Assembly: GCA_964490395.1 (NCBI GenBank)
Contig: CAZBAS010000001.1
Coordinates: forward strand, 19,815 to 83,814
Length of the DNA: 64,000 nucleotides
Origin: an uncultured Candidatus Saccharibacteria bacterium
GTDB lineage: Bacteria; Patescibacteriota; Doudnabacteria; UBA920
Direction: 5' to 3'
Each line of letters starts with the position of its first letter. Position 1 is the first letter of the stretch. Below are positions 36,807 to 46,054 of the stretch, one piece after another. The position numbers and the translations under genes are program-made. The notes below the pieces were generated by a model. That model was given only the letters and a program-made list of their open reading frames with translations, ran no database searches and was not told the origin of the DNA.

Positions 36807-37739
36807 ATGAAACCAAATAAAAATGTAACGCCTCCTGCGCATGAAGCAGATAGGCTCGCAGTAGAAATAGAAAAAGATGCAGCGCTCGTAAAACGCTTTG
36901 GCTATCGCGGTTCCTTCGTTATTTTATTCGTTGCCGTTTTTCTGCTGATTGGTATTTCGCTGTACGCGGCGCTGTCGGCCTTTACCTCGCGGAGCTTAGC
37001 GCTGCAGTCGCAAAATGCAGATGCTGCATGGCTGAATACGTTTGGTTCCGGGAGTGGCGGGTCTGCGCCGAAAACGATTAGTGGGTATAAAGCTCCAGCT
37101 CCCACAGCAACCGATCCTACTCCAGCGGTAGAGGCGGCAACTAAGCCTGGTATTTGTCCACGCGGCTTAGTAACAGTGTCGCCGGGTACTCTCACTGTAG
37201 GGGGTCCGTCTGCTACGGTTAGTGCGCCTGCGGGTTGGAAAGAGGGTTCTTTCCATTCTACTAACCCTAGTGTTATTCGTGTAGACGGTACTACGGTAAC
37301 AGCCGTGAGCGCTGGCTATGCGCAAGTCTATGGTATAGATTTTCGAGCGGGTACTGAGTGGCCTTGTACTGCCGATGCAGTGGGTGTTACTGCCCAGGGG
37401 GCGCCACAAATAAAACCAGCGTTCATAAATGGGTATGAGGTTATTAGTGACTGTGGTCGCTCCTCAGCAACACTCAGAGCAACCGCAGGCGTCCCTGGTG
37501 AAATTCGTTTTACTGAAATTCGAAATGAAGGTGGTACTACGGCAAGCTCGTACCGTGGCGCGAGAACAGCGAAACTTACCAAGCTTGGCGATGGAAGCTA
37601 TAGCGGTCAAATTACAGTTCGGACACGAGATTTTGGTGAAGGGCTGGCCGCAATATTTAGACTATATGGTGCCACGGGAGAACAGCTGGCTCCAGGGTAT
37701 GCCGCAGTAAGTCATGATTACGACAGTTCTTGCCAATAG
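36807..37739 (+). CDS. Bitopic membrane protein with an extracellular Big_2-like Ig domain.
   Basis: Cytoplasmic N-terminus, single TM (FVILFVAVFLLIGISLYAAL), and extracellular segment VSPGTLTVGGPSATVSAPAGW..FHSTNPSVIRVDGTTVTAVSAGYAQVYG. Confidence 0.45.
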   Translation: MKPNKNVTPPAHEADRLAVEIEKDAALVKRFGYRGSFVILFVAVFLLIGISLYAALSAFTSRSLALQSQNADAAWLNTFGSGSGGSAPKTISGYKAPAPTATDPTPAVEAATKPGICPRGLVTVSPGTLTVGGPSATVSAPAGWKEGSFHSTNPSVIRVDGTTVTAVSAGYAQVYGIDFRAGTEWPCTADAVGVTAQGAPQIKPAFINGYEVISDCGRSSATLRATAGVPGEIRFTEIRNEGGTTASSYRGARTAKLTKLGDGSYSGQITVRTRDFGEGLAAIFRLYGATGEQLAPGYAAVSHDYDSSCQ

Positions 37740-37846
37740 TCAAAAAGCATAATTACTCAATAGGGAATAGTCGTATATACACCATCGGAAACGATGGTGT
37801 TTTTTTTGCACTCGATTTACCAAGGAGTATCGTTTATACTACGCAT

Positions 37847-40714
37847 ATGGCTACTACCACAAAACACGCTCGATACATGCTTATAGATGGCAACGCCCTC
37901 GTGCATAGGGGCTTTCACGCTGTGCCCGGTCTTACTATTACCAAAACCGGGGAACCCATTGGCGCGGTATATGGATTTACCATGATATTGCTTCGCGCAA
38001 TTAAAGATTTAAAACCAACTCACGTTGTCTGTACCTTTGATTTGGCCGGGCCAACATTTCGTCACGAACAATACGCAGACTATAAAGGAACCCGTGCTAA
38101 AACGGCGGACGATTTAGTTCCGCAATTCCCGCTTGTAAAAGAGGTGGTGCGTGCTTTGAACATACCAATTTTTGAAAAAGAAGGCTTTGAAGCGGATGAC
38201 GTTCTTGGAACACTGGCGGTAGAGTTGTGTAAGCAAAATAAAGATGGTTGCGATGTTATGATAGTGACGGGCGATATGGATGCCATACAGCTTGTTAACA
38301 AGTGTGTAAAAATTTATACTTTGCGCAAAGGCATTACCGATACTGCCATATACGATGAAGCAGCTGTGCTGGAGCGCTATGGCTTTGCACCAAAGCAAAT
38401 GATTGACTATAAAGCGCTGCGCGGAGACCCGTCAGATAACATAAAAGGAGTAAAAGGCATTGGCGAAAAAGGAGCCACAGATTTAATAAAAGAATTTGGA
38501 AGCATAGACGCGTTGTATGAGGCAATCAAGAATCAAGAACCAAGAGTTAATGACCTCATAAAGCCACGCATACTTCAGTTGCTCATAGACCAAGAAGAGT
38601 CAGCTCGGCAATCCTACCACCTCGCGACCATTGTAACAAATGTGCCTATAGATATTGAAATCCCACCCTATAATTTTGGTGCGGCTGAATCTGCTGCCGC
38701 AGTAGAGGTTTTTAAAAAATTCGAGTTTAAGAGCTTGGTAGATAAGTTGCCGAAAGGGTATGACTCTGACGCTGGGCGAGTAACGGAAAGTGGCGTGTCC
38801 GGCCCCTCTCCTCGCGAGGAGAGGTTGGGAGAGGTCGCAGTAACGAATGATAATACATCAAAAGTTTCTATGACCCCCACTAGCTCCCCCTCAAGAGGGG
38901 GAGGACAGGATGTGCCACCTATCGGCAAGCAAGACTATCAGCTTATTGATACTGAGCAGAAATTAGATAAGCTCGTGGCGAAGCTGGAAAAGCAAAAAGT
39001 ATTTGCGTTGGACACAGAAAGCACTTCGCTGAGCATTATCGACGCAGAGCTGGTTGGTGTGTCTATTTGTTACACGCCTGGAGAAGCCTACTATATTCCA
39101 GCTGCTACCGTGCTTTCACATAAGGCTTTTGTGAAAATACTTGAAAGCAATATGCATAAAGTTGGTCATAACATTAAATTTGACCAGCACATGTTGCAGA
39201 ATGCTGGTGTTACTCTCGGCGGTATATATTTTGATACCATGATTGCATCTTATTTACTCAATGCAGGTACCCGCCAGCATGGATTGGATGCACTTGCGTT
39301 CAACGAACTCGGCTATCAAATGCAGCCGATAGAGGATTTAATAGGTAAAGGCAAAACAGCTATTGCCATGGACCAGGTTCCGGTAGAAAAAGTTTCGTGG
39401 TATGCCGCAGAAGACGTGGATATTACGTTTCGGTTGTACGAACTATTTGCACCCAAGCTTACCGCAGATAATCTAGAAGCCATATTCGCCGACATAGAAA
39501 TGCCGTTGGTTCCCGTGCTGGAACGTATGGAGCGAGAAGGCATCTTATTAGATGTACCATTTTTAAAGAAGCTTTCGGACGAAGCAGAAAAAACCATTTA
39601 CAGCCTTACCAAAGACATACACAAACTGGCAGAAGAAGAGTTTAACATTAACTCACCTACACAGCTTAGAGAAATATTATTTAATAAACTCGGTTTAAAA
39701 GCAGAGTTTGCTAAAAAAACAAAAACAGGGTTTTCTACTGCTGCTGGTGAACTTGAAAAACTGCTTGGCCAGCACCCCATTGTTGAAAAAATAATGCAGT
39801 ACCGCGAGCTTACGAAACTGCAAAATACCTACTTGCTGGCACTACCAGAAATGGTAAACGCTACCACTAAACGCATTCACACCAGTTATAACCAAACCAT
39901 TGCTGCTACGGGCCGGCTTAGTTCTGTAGACCCAAACCTGCAAAACATACCCGTAAAGGGCGATGGTGTAGGTAGTGAGATTCGCAAAGCCTTTGTGGCC
40001 CAAAAAGGATATAAGCTCCTCAGTTTAGACTATTCACAAATTGAACTTCGGGTGGTTGCGCATTTATCTAAAGACGAGAGCATGCTCGAAGTATTTAAGT
40101 CGGGCAAGGATATTCACACGAGCACTGCCATGGGTATATTTAATGTGCCAGCAGATAAGGTAACCAAAGACATGCGTCGCCACGCAAAAACAGTTAACTT
40201 TGGTATTCTCTATGGTTTGTCTGCATTTGGTTTGTCGTATCGCATAAGTGAAATAGCCAACGGGGATGCAAAAGAGTATATAGATAAATACTTTAAGACC
40301 TATCCGCGAGTGAAGGAGTATTTAGAGAAAGTAAAGACCGAGGTGAGAGATAATGGGTTTGTAACAAACGAACTTGGCCGTATGCGCAAGTTTCCTGAAA
40401 TAAAATCGAGCCAGTTTTTTATTCGCCAAGCCGCAGAGCGCGCCGCCATTAATTTTCCCATCCAGTCTTTAGCTGCTGATGTTATAAAAGTCGCCATGAT
40501 TAATATCTGGTCAAAGATCAAAGATAAAGGATTAGAGATAAAGATGTTGCTTCAGGTACACGACGAACTCGTGTTTGAAGTAAAGGAAAATAAGGTACAA
40601 GAATATATCAAACTTATAAAACCTCTTATGGAAGACGCCATACAATTGTCTGTCCCCGTAACCTCTGACGCCAAAGTTGGAGATAGCTGGGGCGAAATGG
40701 AGCAGTGGTCATGA
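37847..40714 (+). CDS. polA: DNA polymerase I.
   Basis: 5'-3' exonuclease (LIDGNALVHRGFHA), 3'-5' exonuclease and polymerase domains (RRHAKTVNFGILYG, QVHDELVFE). The start was taken at the ATG at 37847, since the track ORF at 37730 adds a non-conserved 39-aa extension. A low-complexity linker (SPSRGGGQDVPP) sits between the exonuclease domains. Confidence 0.9.
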   Translation: MATTTKHARYMLIDGNALVHRGFHAVPGLTITKTGEPIGAVYGFTMILLRAIKDLKPTHVVCTFDLAGPTFRHEQYADYKGTRAKTADDLVPQFPLVKEVVRALNIPIFEKEGFEADDVLGTLAVELCKQNKDGCDVMIVTGDMDAIQLVNKCVKIYTLRKGITDTAIYDEAAVLERYGFAPKQMIDYKALRGDPSDNIKGVKGIGEKGATDLIKEFGSIDALYEAIKNQEPRVNDLIKPRILQLLIDQEESARQSYHLATIVTNVPIDIEIPPYNFGAAESAAAVEVFKKFEFKSLVDKLPKGYDSDAGRVTESGVSGPSPREERLGEVAVTNDNTSKVSMTPTSSPSRGGGQDVPPIGKQDYQLIDTEQKLDKLVAKLEKQKVFALDTESTSLSIIDAELVGVSICYTPGEAYYIPAATVLSHKAFVKILESNMHKVGHNIKFDQHMLQNAGVTLGGIYFDTMIASYLLNAGTRQHGLDALAFNELGYQMQPIEDLIGKGKTAIAMDQVPVEKVSWYAAEDVDITFRLYELFAPKLTADNLEAIFADIEMPLVPVLERMEREGILLDVPFLKKLSDEAEKTIYSLTKDIHKLAEEEFNINSPTQLREILFNKLGLKAEFAKKTKTGFSTAAGELEKLLGQHPIVEKIMQYRELTKLQNTYLLALPEMVNATTKRIHTSYNQTIAATGRLSSVDPNLQNIPVKGDGVGSEIRKAFVAQKGYKLLSLDYSQIELRVVAHLSKDESMLEVFKSGKDIHTSTAMGIFNVPADKVTKDMRRHAKTVNFGILYGLSAFGLSYRISEIANGDAKEYIDKYFKTYPRVKEYLEKVKTEVRDNGFVTNELGRMRKFPEIKSSQFFIRQAAERAAINFPIQSLAADVIKVAMINIWSKIKDKGLEIKMLLQVHDELVFEVKENKVQEYIKLIKPLMEDAIQLSVPVTSDAKVGDSWGEMEQWS

Positions 40715-41937
40715 GAGTTGGTGCTGAGCGAAAACGATTTCGCGAGTTTACTAAGGAGCACCATCAAGAGCAGCGAACAGCACTCGCTCAGGAAATTCGT
40801 CATATCCGCAGACAAGAGTTGCTTGAGCAACAAAGCCTGGATTTACTAATCGAGCGTATACAAGGTGAGGTGGAGGCTGGGGACTTACAAGTATCGGACC
40901 TCGCAGCAGAAATAGCGCAATTGGAAACAGATCAGGAAAAGATTGCTGAAAAGTTTTTAGCGAAGGTGCTGCACTTTATTGAATTACAGAGCGTTCGAAA
41001 AAAATTGGGTACAACACAACAGTTAAGCCGGCTCACAGAGAGTGTTACAGAGTTTAAACGTGGTCAAATTCGCACGTTTCAAGAGGCGCGCACACTTCAA
41101 ATGTCTAAGAGTAAAATAACTACTTTGCTTAAGGATTTCTCGCATGCACACAGAGACGAGGTGAAAGAGTATTCCGAAATACAGAAAAATACTTCCCTGC
41201 GAGAAGTTGCGGACAGAGAAAATTGCTTGTTTTTACATGGTACTTTAAACTACGCGAGCCCAACCGCAGCGCTGGAGAATGATGGAATATTGGACTGGGT
41301 AGATAAGATGAACGTAGTCGCAAGCGTTCCAGTAGACATAGGAAGTTTTACATTTGACGAGCACACTGTTTCTCAAGGCCAAATGTTCGGGGAAATCGGT
41401 GTAGTCTTGTATGATGGGGAAATTACTAACGCTAAAGCCTCTGACCAGGGTTCAACCAAGGGTAGTAGGGGTCGCACACCATATGCCACTCTAGAGCAAA
41501 AGGCTGTATTGGCTGGGGAGATTATTCCTCGTGCCATCCACGAGCGGGGAGACAGGTATAATGAGTTCACTGTACGCAATCCCAATATATCTGGTATTTG
41601 GTACAATTTTGAACCAAATGACTTTGACCGCAAGAAGCGTCTGCAGGGTCTGGGTGGTGCGGAAAAAATACGCAGTAAGGCAGAATCGTTTGGCGTGCCA
41701 CTGTACATTTTGCACCAGGGCAAAGCATATGAGCCACTGGCCGAAGTGGAAGGCGATTTGCGCTTGGGCAGGGAAGTTTCTTTAGAGTCTGTGCGCAAGC
41801 GACCACCTATATTTATGAGCGACGAACGATCGAATAGGATTTTTTCAGAGGTTGTTAATAGAACAGTTTTTACTAAACTAGAGCAACAAAGATTGCCTCA
41901 AGATATTCATCAAAAAATATATAAAAAAGCTGCCTAG
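40705..41937 (+). CDS. Hypothetical protein (410 aa) with a coiled-coil N-terminus, translationally coupled to polA.
   Basis: ATGGTCATGA overlap with the polA stop. No recognisable domain. Confidence 0.45.
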   Translation: MVMRVGAERKRFREFTKEHHQEQRTALAQEIRHIRRQELLEQQSLDLLIERIQGEVEAGDLQVSDLAAEIAQLETDQEKIAEKFLAKVLHFIELQSVRKKLGTTQQLSRLTESVTEFKRGQIRTFQEARTLQMSKSKITTLLKDFSHAHRDEVKEYSEIQKNTSLREVADRENCLFLHGTLNYASPTAALENDGILDWVDKMNVVASVPVDIGSFTFDEHTVSQGQMFGEIGVVLYDGEITNAKASDQGSTKGSRGRTPYATLEQKAVLAGEIIPRAIHERGDRYNEFTVRNPNISGIWYNFEPNDFDRKKRLQGLGGAEKIRSKAESFGVPLYILHQGKAYEPLAEVEGDLRLGREVSLESVRKRPPIFMSDERSNRIFSEVVNRTVFTKLEQQRLPQDIHQKIYKKAA

Positions 41938-42035
41938 GGCCTTTACAGAGTAGTTCTTACCGTTGCGAGAGTTTACTCCCCCATATCCCTTAGTGGATAA
42001 GCGCGTTTGACAATGGGTGTACGTGCGTATACCAT

Positions 42036-42674
42036 ATGGGTATGGAATACGCATCGCAAAATTGGCTCGTTCAGGTTTTGGCCTCTTGGTACGGGGTCCT
42101 AGCTTTCCTCGGGCTTGTTTTTATTATTGTGTGTAGAAAAGCGTTGGGAGATTTGGTCCGTAAGGTAACTATTAGTTTCCGAAAGGGAGACATAGAAGTT
42201 ACTAATCAGCAATCACAGCAGGACGAGTCTAAAGATGTTATTAAAACCGATGAGTATGCCAAGGTGCAAAAGGTGTTAGAAAAGCTTGAGGTAGAGAAAA
42301 TAGAAGAATTAGAAGATCTAGTAAATAACGCTCTGGAAACTATAGATGAGCAGGATAAGGAGCTTGAAGATGCAGATGTGGCTTTTAGCGCATTGTTGGA
42401 GCTTAAGGAAACGTATGAATTTGCATATCTCAACCTATACCTTGTTGAGCGCACAAAGCAAGCGTTATTGAAATTATATAATTTGGGCAGTAGCACTAAA
42501 GAGTTGTTCATTGGTTCATTGGTTTTTGATGAGTCTGTAGCAGACCCAGCGCTGGAGCGGGAAGCAATTTGCAGTGCCCTGTTATCTCATGAGCTTATCG
42601 AGGTAGCTAATAATGGTTTGCACGGCACTTCGGAAAAAGGCGAGCGGTTTCTGCGGTTTGTGGATTTGGTGTGA
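42036..42674 (+). CDS. Hypothetical membrane-anchored coiled-coil protein (212 aa).
   Basis: N-terminal TM (LVQVLASWYGVLAFLGLVFIIV) followed by an acidic coiled-coil. Confidence 0.4.
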   Translation: MGMEYASQNWLVQVLASWYGVLAFLGLVFIIVCRKALGDLVRKVTISFRKGDIEVTNQQSQQDESKDVIKTDEYAKVQKVLEKLEVEKIEELEDLVNNALETIDEQDKELEDADVAFSALLELKETYEFAYLNLYLVERTKQALLKLYNLGSSTKELFIGSLVFDESVADPALEREAICSALLSHELIEVANNGLHGTSEKGERFLRFVDLV

Positions 42675-42877
42675 CGACTGCCTTGTTGTTGGTGGATAGT
42701 GGTAAGGGCTTGCCCTGCCGCTGGCGAGGGTTACACTACGTAGCTTTAGCGAAGTAGTGGATAATCCTGTGGAAAAGTACTTTTGACTGTGGGTAAACGT
42801 TAGTTTACCATGTAAGTAAGTTCCATTTTTGAACTTACTGAACTATTCGGAAATCCCGAATAGTTGGAAAGGTTTAT

Positions 42878-43891
42878 ATGTCAGAAATAAAAGAGCAAAA
42901 TACAAGCGAAATTACTATTTATAAAGACAATGAAGGCCCTGAAGTCCAGGTCAGTTTTGAAGGCGACACAGTATGGCTTTCACAGGCACAAATGGCGGAA
43001 TTGTTCCAAAAAGACGTAAAAACTATTTCCGAGCATATTGCCAATGTTTATAAGGATAAAGAGTTAGAACCAGAAAAAACTTTGCTTAAGAAAGCCAATT
43101 CTGGTATTTCCGGAATTGCTTCAAATAAGCGGATATTTTACTATAATTTGGACGTAATAATATCTGTTGGCTACCGAGTAAAATCTAAGCGCGGTACCCA
43201 ATTTCGTATTTGGGCTACACAACACCTACGTGACTATTTACTGAAGGGTTTTGTGGTAAACCAGGAACGGCTTAAGGAACAGTCGCAGGCAAAGCTAAAA
43301 GAGCTGGAAGGCGCAGTAAAGCTTTTACAGGGAGCAGTTGAGACACATCGGTTAGATGGGTATGAAAAAGAGTTGCTCAATATAATTACCGACTACACTG
43401 CTACATGGGTACTGCTGAATAAGTACGACCACGACGAGCTAGAAATTGAGAACGTCACTAAAAAGTCAGTTTATAAACTCGACTACGAAAAAGTTACTAA
43501 GTCCATTGCGCAATTTAAAAAGCGGCTCATGGCCAAAGGGGAGGCGAGTGATATATTTGGCACTGAGTCAGGTAGTAAGTTCCAGGGTTTGCTGGGTAGC
43601 ATAGAACAAACTTGGGATGGTAAGCCACTGTACGAAAGCCTGGAAGAAAAAGCTGCACATCTTTTGTACTTTGCCATAAAGGATCACCCGTTCGTAGATG
43701 GAAACAAACGCATAGGGTCACTATTATTCCTGCTGTACCTGATAGAAAATCGTGCGCTATACAATAAACGCGGAGAGCGTAAATTAAACGACAACGCCTT
43801 GGCTGCCCTTGCCCTCTTAATCGCAGAAAGCAAGCCCGATCAAAAAGAGGTTATGGTAAAATTAATTGTAAACATAATTAACAAGAAGTGA
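42878..43891 (+). CDS. RhuM-family N-terminal domain fused to a Fic/Doc-fold domain with a Doc-type active-site motif.
   Basis: RhuM signature VWLSQAQMAELFQKDVKTISEHI...YYNLDVIISVGYRVKSKRGTQFRIWATQHLRDYLLKGF. C-terminal HPFVDGNKRIGS matches the Doc motif H-x-F-x-D-G-N-K-R. Confidence 0.7.
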   Translation: MSEIKEQNTSEITIYKDNEGPEVQVSFEGDTVWLSQAQMAELFQKDVKTISEHIANVYKDKELEPEKTLLKKANSGISGIASNKRIFYYNLDVIISVGYRVKSKRGTQFRIWATQHLRDYLLKGFVVNQERLKEQSQAKLKELEGAVKLLQGAVETHRLDGYEKELLNIITDYTATWVLLNKYDHDELEIENVTKKSVYKLDYEKVTKSIAQFKKRLMAKGEASDIFGTESGSKFQGLLGSIEQTWDGKPLYESLEEKAAHLLYFAIKDHPFVDGNKRIGSLLFLLYLIENRALYNKRGERKLNDNALAALALLIAESKPDQKEVMVKLIVNIINKK

Positions 43892-43986
43892 GCAGTAAAT
43901 AGAAAATAGTAATCAGAAAATAGAGACCTGCAGTGGTTTGTGTCTGATTACTACTTACTAATTTCTGCTTACCTACCTACATCCCC

Positions 43987-44475
43987 ATGTCTGAACGAGA
44001 ATTCTACATGTATACCGTAAGTGACGAAATACCTCGGTTTGAGCGCGCTGTTTCTGCGGTTCCGCAAGAGCATGATGATTACAAACCAGATCCTAAGTCT
44101 AAAACCGCCATGGAGCTCGCAACCATGATGGCGGGTGAAGCGGGGACCATAAAAACGCTCCTTACCGAAGGCGATTTGGATTTTACAAAAGTAGTATGGC
44201 CTACCTTCACTACTCCTGCAGAGGCAGCAGCAGAATTGGTCCGCGCGCTCAAGGAGTCTAAAACAATAGCCGAAGGCTTAAGTGATGAGCAGTGGGATGC
44301 TGAAGGTCGCATGCATATGAATGGCCAAAATGAGTGGAAGAATACGAGAGGGAAGCTTGCGTTTAGTTTCTTGCTCGATATGATACATCATCGCGGCCAA
44401 CTTTCCACCTACTTCCGCGCTATGGGTGGTAAGACACCGTCCATTTACGGCCCTTCGGCAGACTCCGCAGAGTAA
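43987..44475 (+). CDS. DinB/YfiT-like (DinB_2 superfamily) metal-dependent protein.
   Basis: Four-helix-bundle pattern with the conserved MIHHRGQLSTYFR (H-x-HHRGQ) motif. Confidence 0.6.
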   Translation: MSEREFYMYTVSDEIPRFERAVSAVPQEHDDYKPDPKSKTAMELATMMAGEAGTIKTLLTEGDLDFTKVVWPTFTTPAEAAAELVRALKESKTIAEGLSDEQWDAEGRMHMNGQNEWKNTRGKLAFSFLLDMIHHRGQLSTYFRAMGGKTPSIYGPSADSAE

Positions 44476-44539
44476 TATACGGCGCCTTACATTTTTCTTC
44501 AGTATAGTGTGTTAGTATGTTAGTAATTAAACTTATTTT

Positions 44540-44785
44540 ATGGCAGACGATATTATTGACGAAGAAGAAATAGCAGATCCGGTAATTGATACCGGCGAAC
44601 CAGCGGCTGTGTACCCAGTAAAAGATGTTGAGCGGATTGGTGTTGATACAGATCAAGGAACACCAGCAAGCGCTACGGACGATGTGGACGAAAACGATAA
44701 AATTGCAGGTACCCCAGACGATGTTTCCGATGGCGGTACAGAGGGTGACGAGGCTGGTCTCGAAGACGGCTCAATAGTAAAGTAA
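44540..44785 (+). CDS. Small highly acidic protein, probably disordered (81 aa).
   Basis: Contains 20 Asp (25% of residues) plus further Glu. Followed by a strong terminator. Confidence 0.35.
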   Translation: MADDIIDEEEIADPVIDTGEPAAVYPVKDVERIGVDTDQGTPASATDDVDENDKIAGTPDDVSDGGTEGDEAGLEDGSIVK

Positions 44786-44810
44786 ATCCAGCACAACACG
44801 CGTGCATCAA

Positions 44811-44838
44811 AAAAGACCTCGCAAGAGGTCTTTTTTCT
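44811..44838. terminator. Bidirectional rho-independent terminator.
   Basis: aaaa-gacctc-gcaa-gaggtc-tttttt, an A run and a T run flanking a 6-bp GC stem. Confidence 0.7.
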
Positions 44839-44924
44839 TGCCTCTTCGCACTAGCGAGGGGCTTCCGTTCTTTTTCTCCCCCTAATATAGGGGGAGCTAG
44901 AGGGGGTATAATTTGCTTTTAGAA

Positions 44925-45194
44925 CTAAGCTTTCTTAAGCTTGTTAATCGCTTTTGCCATGCGGCTCTTTTTGCGATTTGCAGTGTTCTTGTGAATGACT
45001 TTCTTCTTTGCTGCTTTGTCGAGCGCTGCATATGCTGCGGTAAGAGCCTTAAGGGCTTCATCTGCGTTGCTGGTCTTAACAGCGTCCTTTACGACCTTAA
45101 CTGCTGCTTTAAACTTGTCTTTGGTGCGGAGGTTGTATACCCGCTTGCGAGCGCTTCCGCGCATAGCCTTTGCGGCCGATTTCGTATTTGGCAT
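44925..45194 (-). CDS. rpsT: 30S ribosomal protein S20.
   Basis: 89-aa basic protein MPNTKSAAKAMRGSARKRVYNLRTKDKFKAAVK...AINKLKKA. Confidence 0.9.
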   Translation of the reverse strand: MPNTKSAAKAMRGSARKRVYNLRTKDKFKAAVKVVKDAVKTSNADEALKALTAAYAALDKAAKKKVIHKNTANRKKSRMAKAINKLKKA

Positions 45195-45324
45195 GTATAA
45201 ATTTAGTGACTAGTACTTAGTAAGTAGTTATTAGTGTTTGAGCAACTAAAACTTGTGACACGGTGAACCTATTGTACAGAATATCACGAAAAAAAACAAG
45301 CCCAAAGGGCTTGCTTGGGGGCTG

Positions 45325-45879
45325 TTATTTATACTGGTTCTTAATCTGGAAAAGTATGTAGAGACCAATTATGTCGCCAAGAATGCCGCCAATGTTTATG
45401 CTGAGTATGTTTACTGCGGCAGTAATGAGTGCTGCGTAAAACACAAATACCCAACCTTTCTTTGTGCGGTGGAATAATCCTGGTAAGGCAATTATCTCGA
45501 GTACGAGAGAGGCAATGGAAATTACTGCCACTACCATGGACCAGGTGCCATAGTGGTATCCAATTACCGCAGCTGTAGATACTGTGGCAAGGCCAAGACC
45601 AAATGCTGCCAGTATAAGAGGCAGGCCCAATACCAAAACCACAAGTGTTATCCATGGGCCAATCTTTGCTATTGTTTGGCGCCACTTTTCTGGCATCTGG
45701 GGTGCTTTCTGTCCCAAATATTCTTCGAGCCATTCTTCAAGCTGGGGTATAGCACTGTATGGAGGCAGCTTTGGTGGTAGCTGTTTATGCGGCTCGCTAT
45801 GCGTGCTGCTAGTTTGTGGTCCTTGATTTGTTGCTTGTGTGTTTCCAGGCTGTGCCTGACCTTGTGTTTGTTCTTCCAT
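45325..45879 (-). CDS. Hypothetical polytopic membrane protein with a Gln/Pro-rich N-terminus.
   Basis: Four predicted TM helices. No recognised domain. Confidence 0.4.
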   Translation of the reverse strand: MEEQTQGQAQPGNTQATNQGPQTSSTHSEPHKQLPPKLPPYSAIPQLEEWLEEYLGQKAPQMPEKWRQTIAKIGPWITLVVLVLGLPLILAAFGLGLATVSTAAVIGYHYGTWSMVVAVISIASLVLEIIALPGLFHRTKKGWVFVFYAALITAAVNILSINIGGILGDIIGLYILFQIKNQYK

Positions 45880-45977
45880 AAAATATTTTAATATGTCCTT
45901 ATGTATAGTGTGCCAAATCCTTAAGAATTAGCAAGTCTTGGGTAAATGGCCCTAGGTGCATCATTTCACCACATAAA

Positions 45978-46018
45978 ATATACCCAGTAACTCACGGTCG
46001 TGAGTTACTGGGTATATG
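45978..46018. terminator. Palindromic terminator element downstream of uvrB (atacccagtaactcac-ggtc-gtgagttactgggtat), second copy of the 28711..28750 element.
   Basis: Perfect 16-nt stem. Shares atataccca..aactc / gagtta..tgggtatat with the copy at 28711..28750. Confidence 0.6.
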
Positions 46019-46054
46019 TATTCCGCTCCGGTCCTGCGATGCTGGTCGACGGGG

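Noticed and set aside
37730-37846. Track-predicted polA start at 37730 (MPIVKKHNYSIGN...).
   Set aside because: It adds a 39-aa non-conserved extension that overlaps the end of the upstream gene. The conserved Pol I 5'-nuclease N-terminus begins at the Met at 37847 (MATTTKHARYMLIDGNALVHRGF).
44841-44896. Second and third hairpins (cctcttcgc...gcgagggg and ctccccc-taatata-gggggag) between 44540 and rpsT, considered as extra terminators or a small RNA.
   Set aside because: Neither is followed by a U-run on either strand. The adjacent gacctc/gaggtc hairpin with flanking A and T runs already explains bidirectional termination. They are possibly structural but unsupported.
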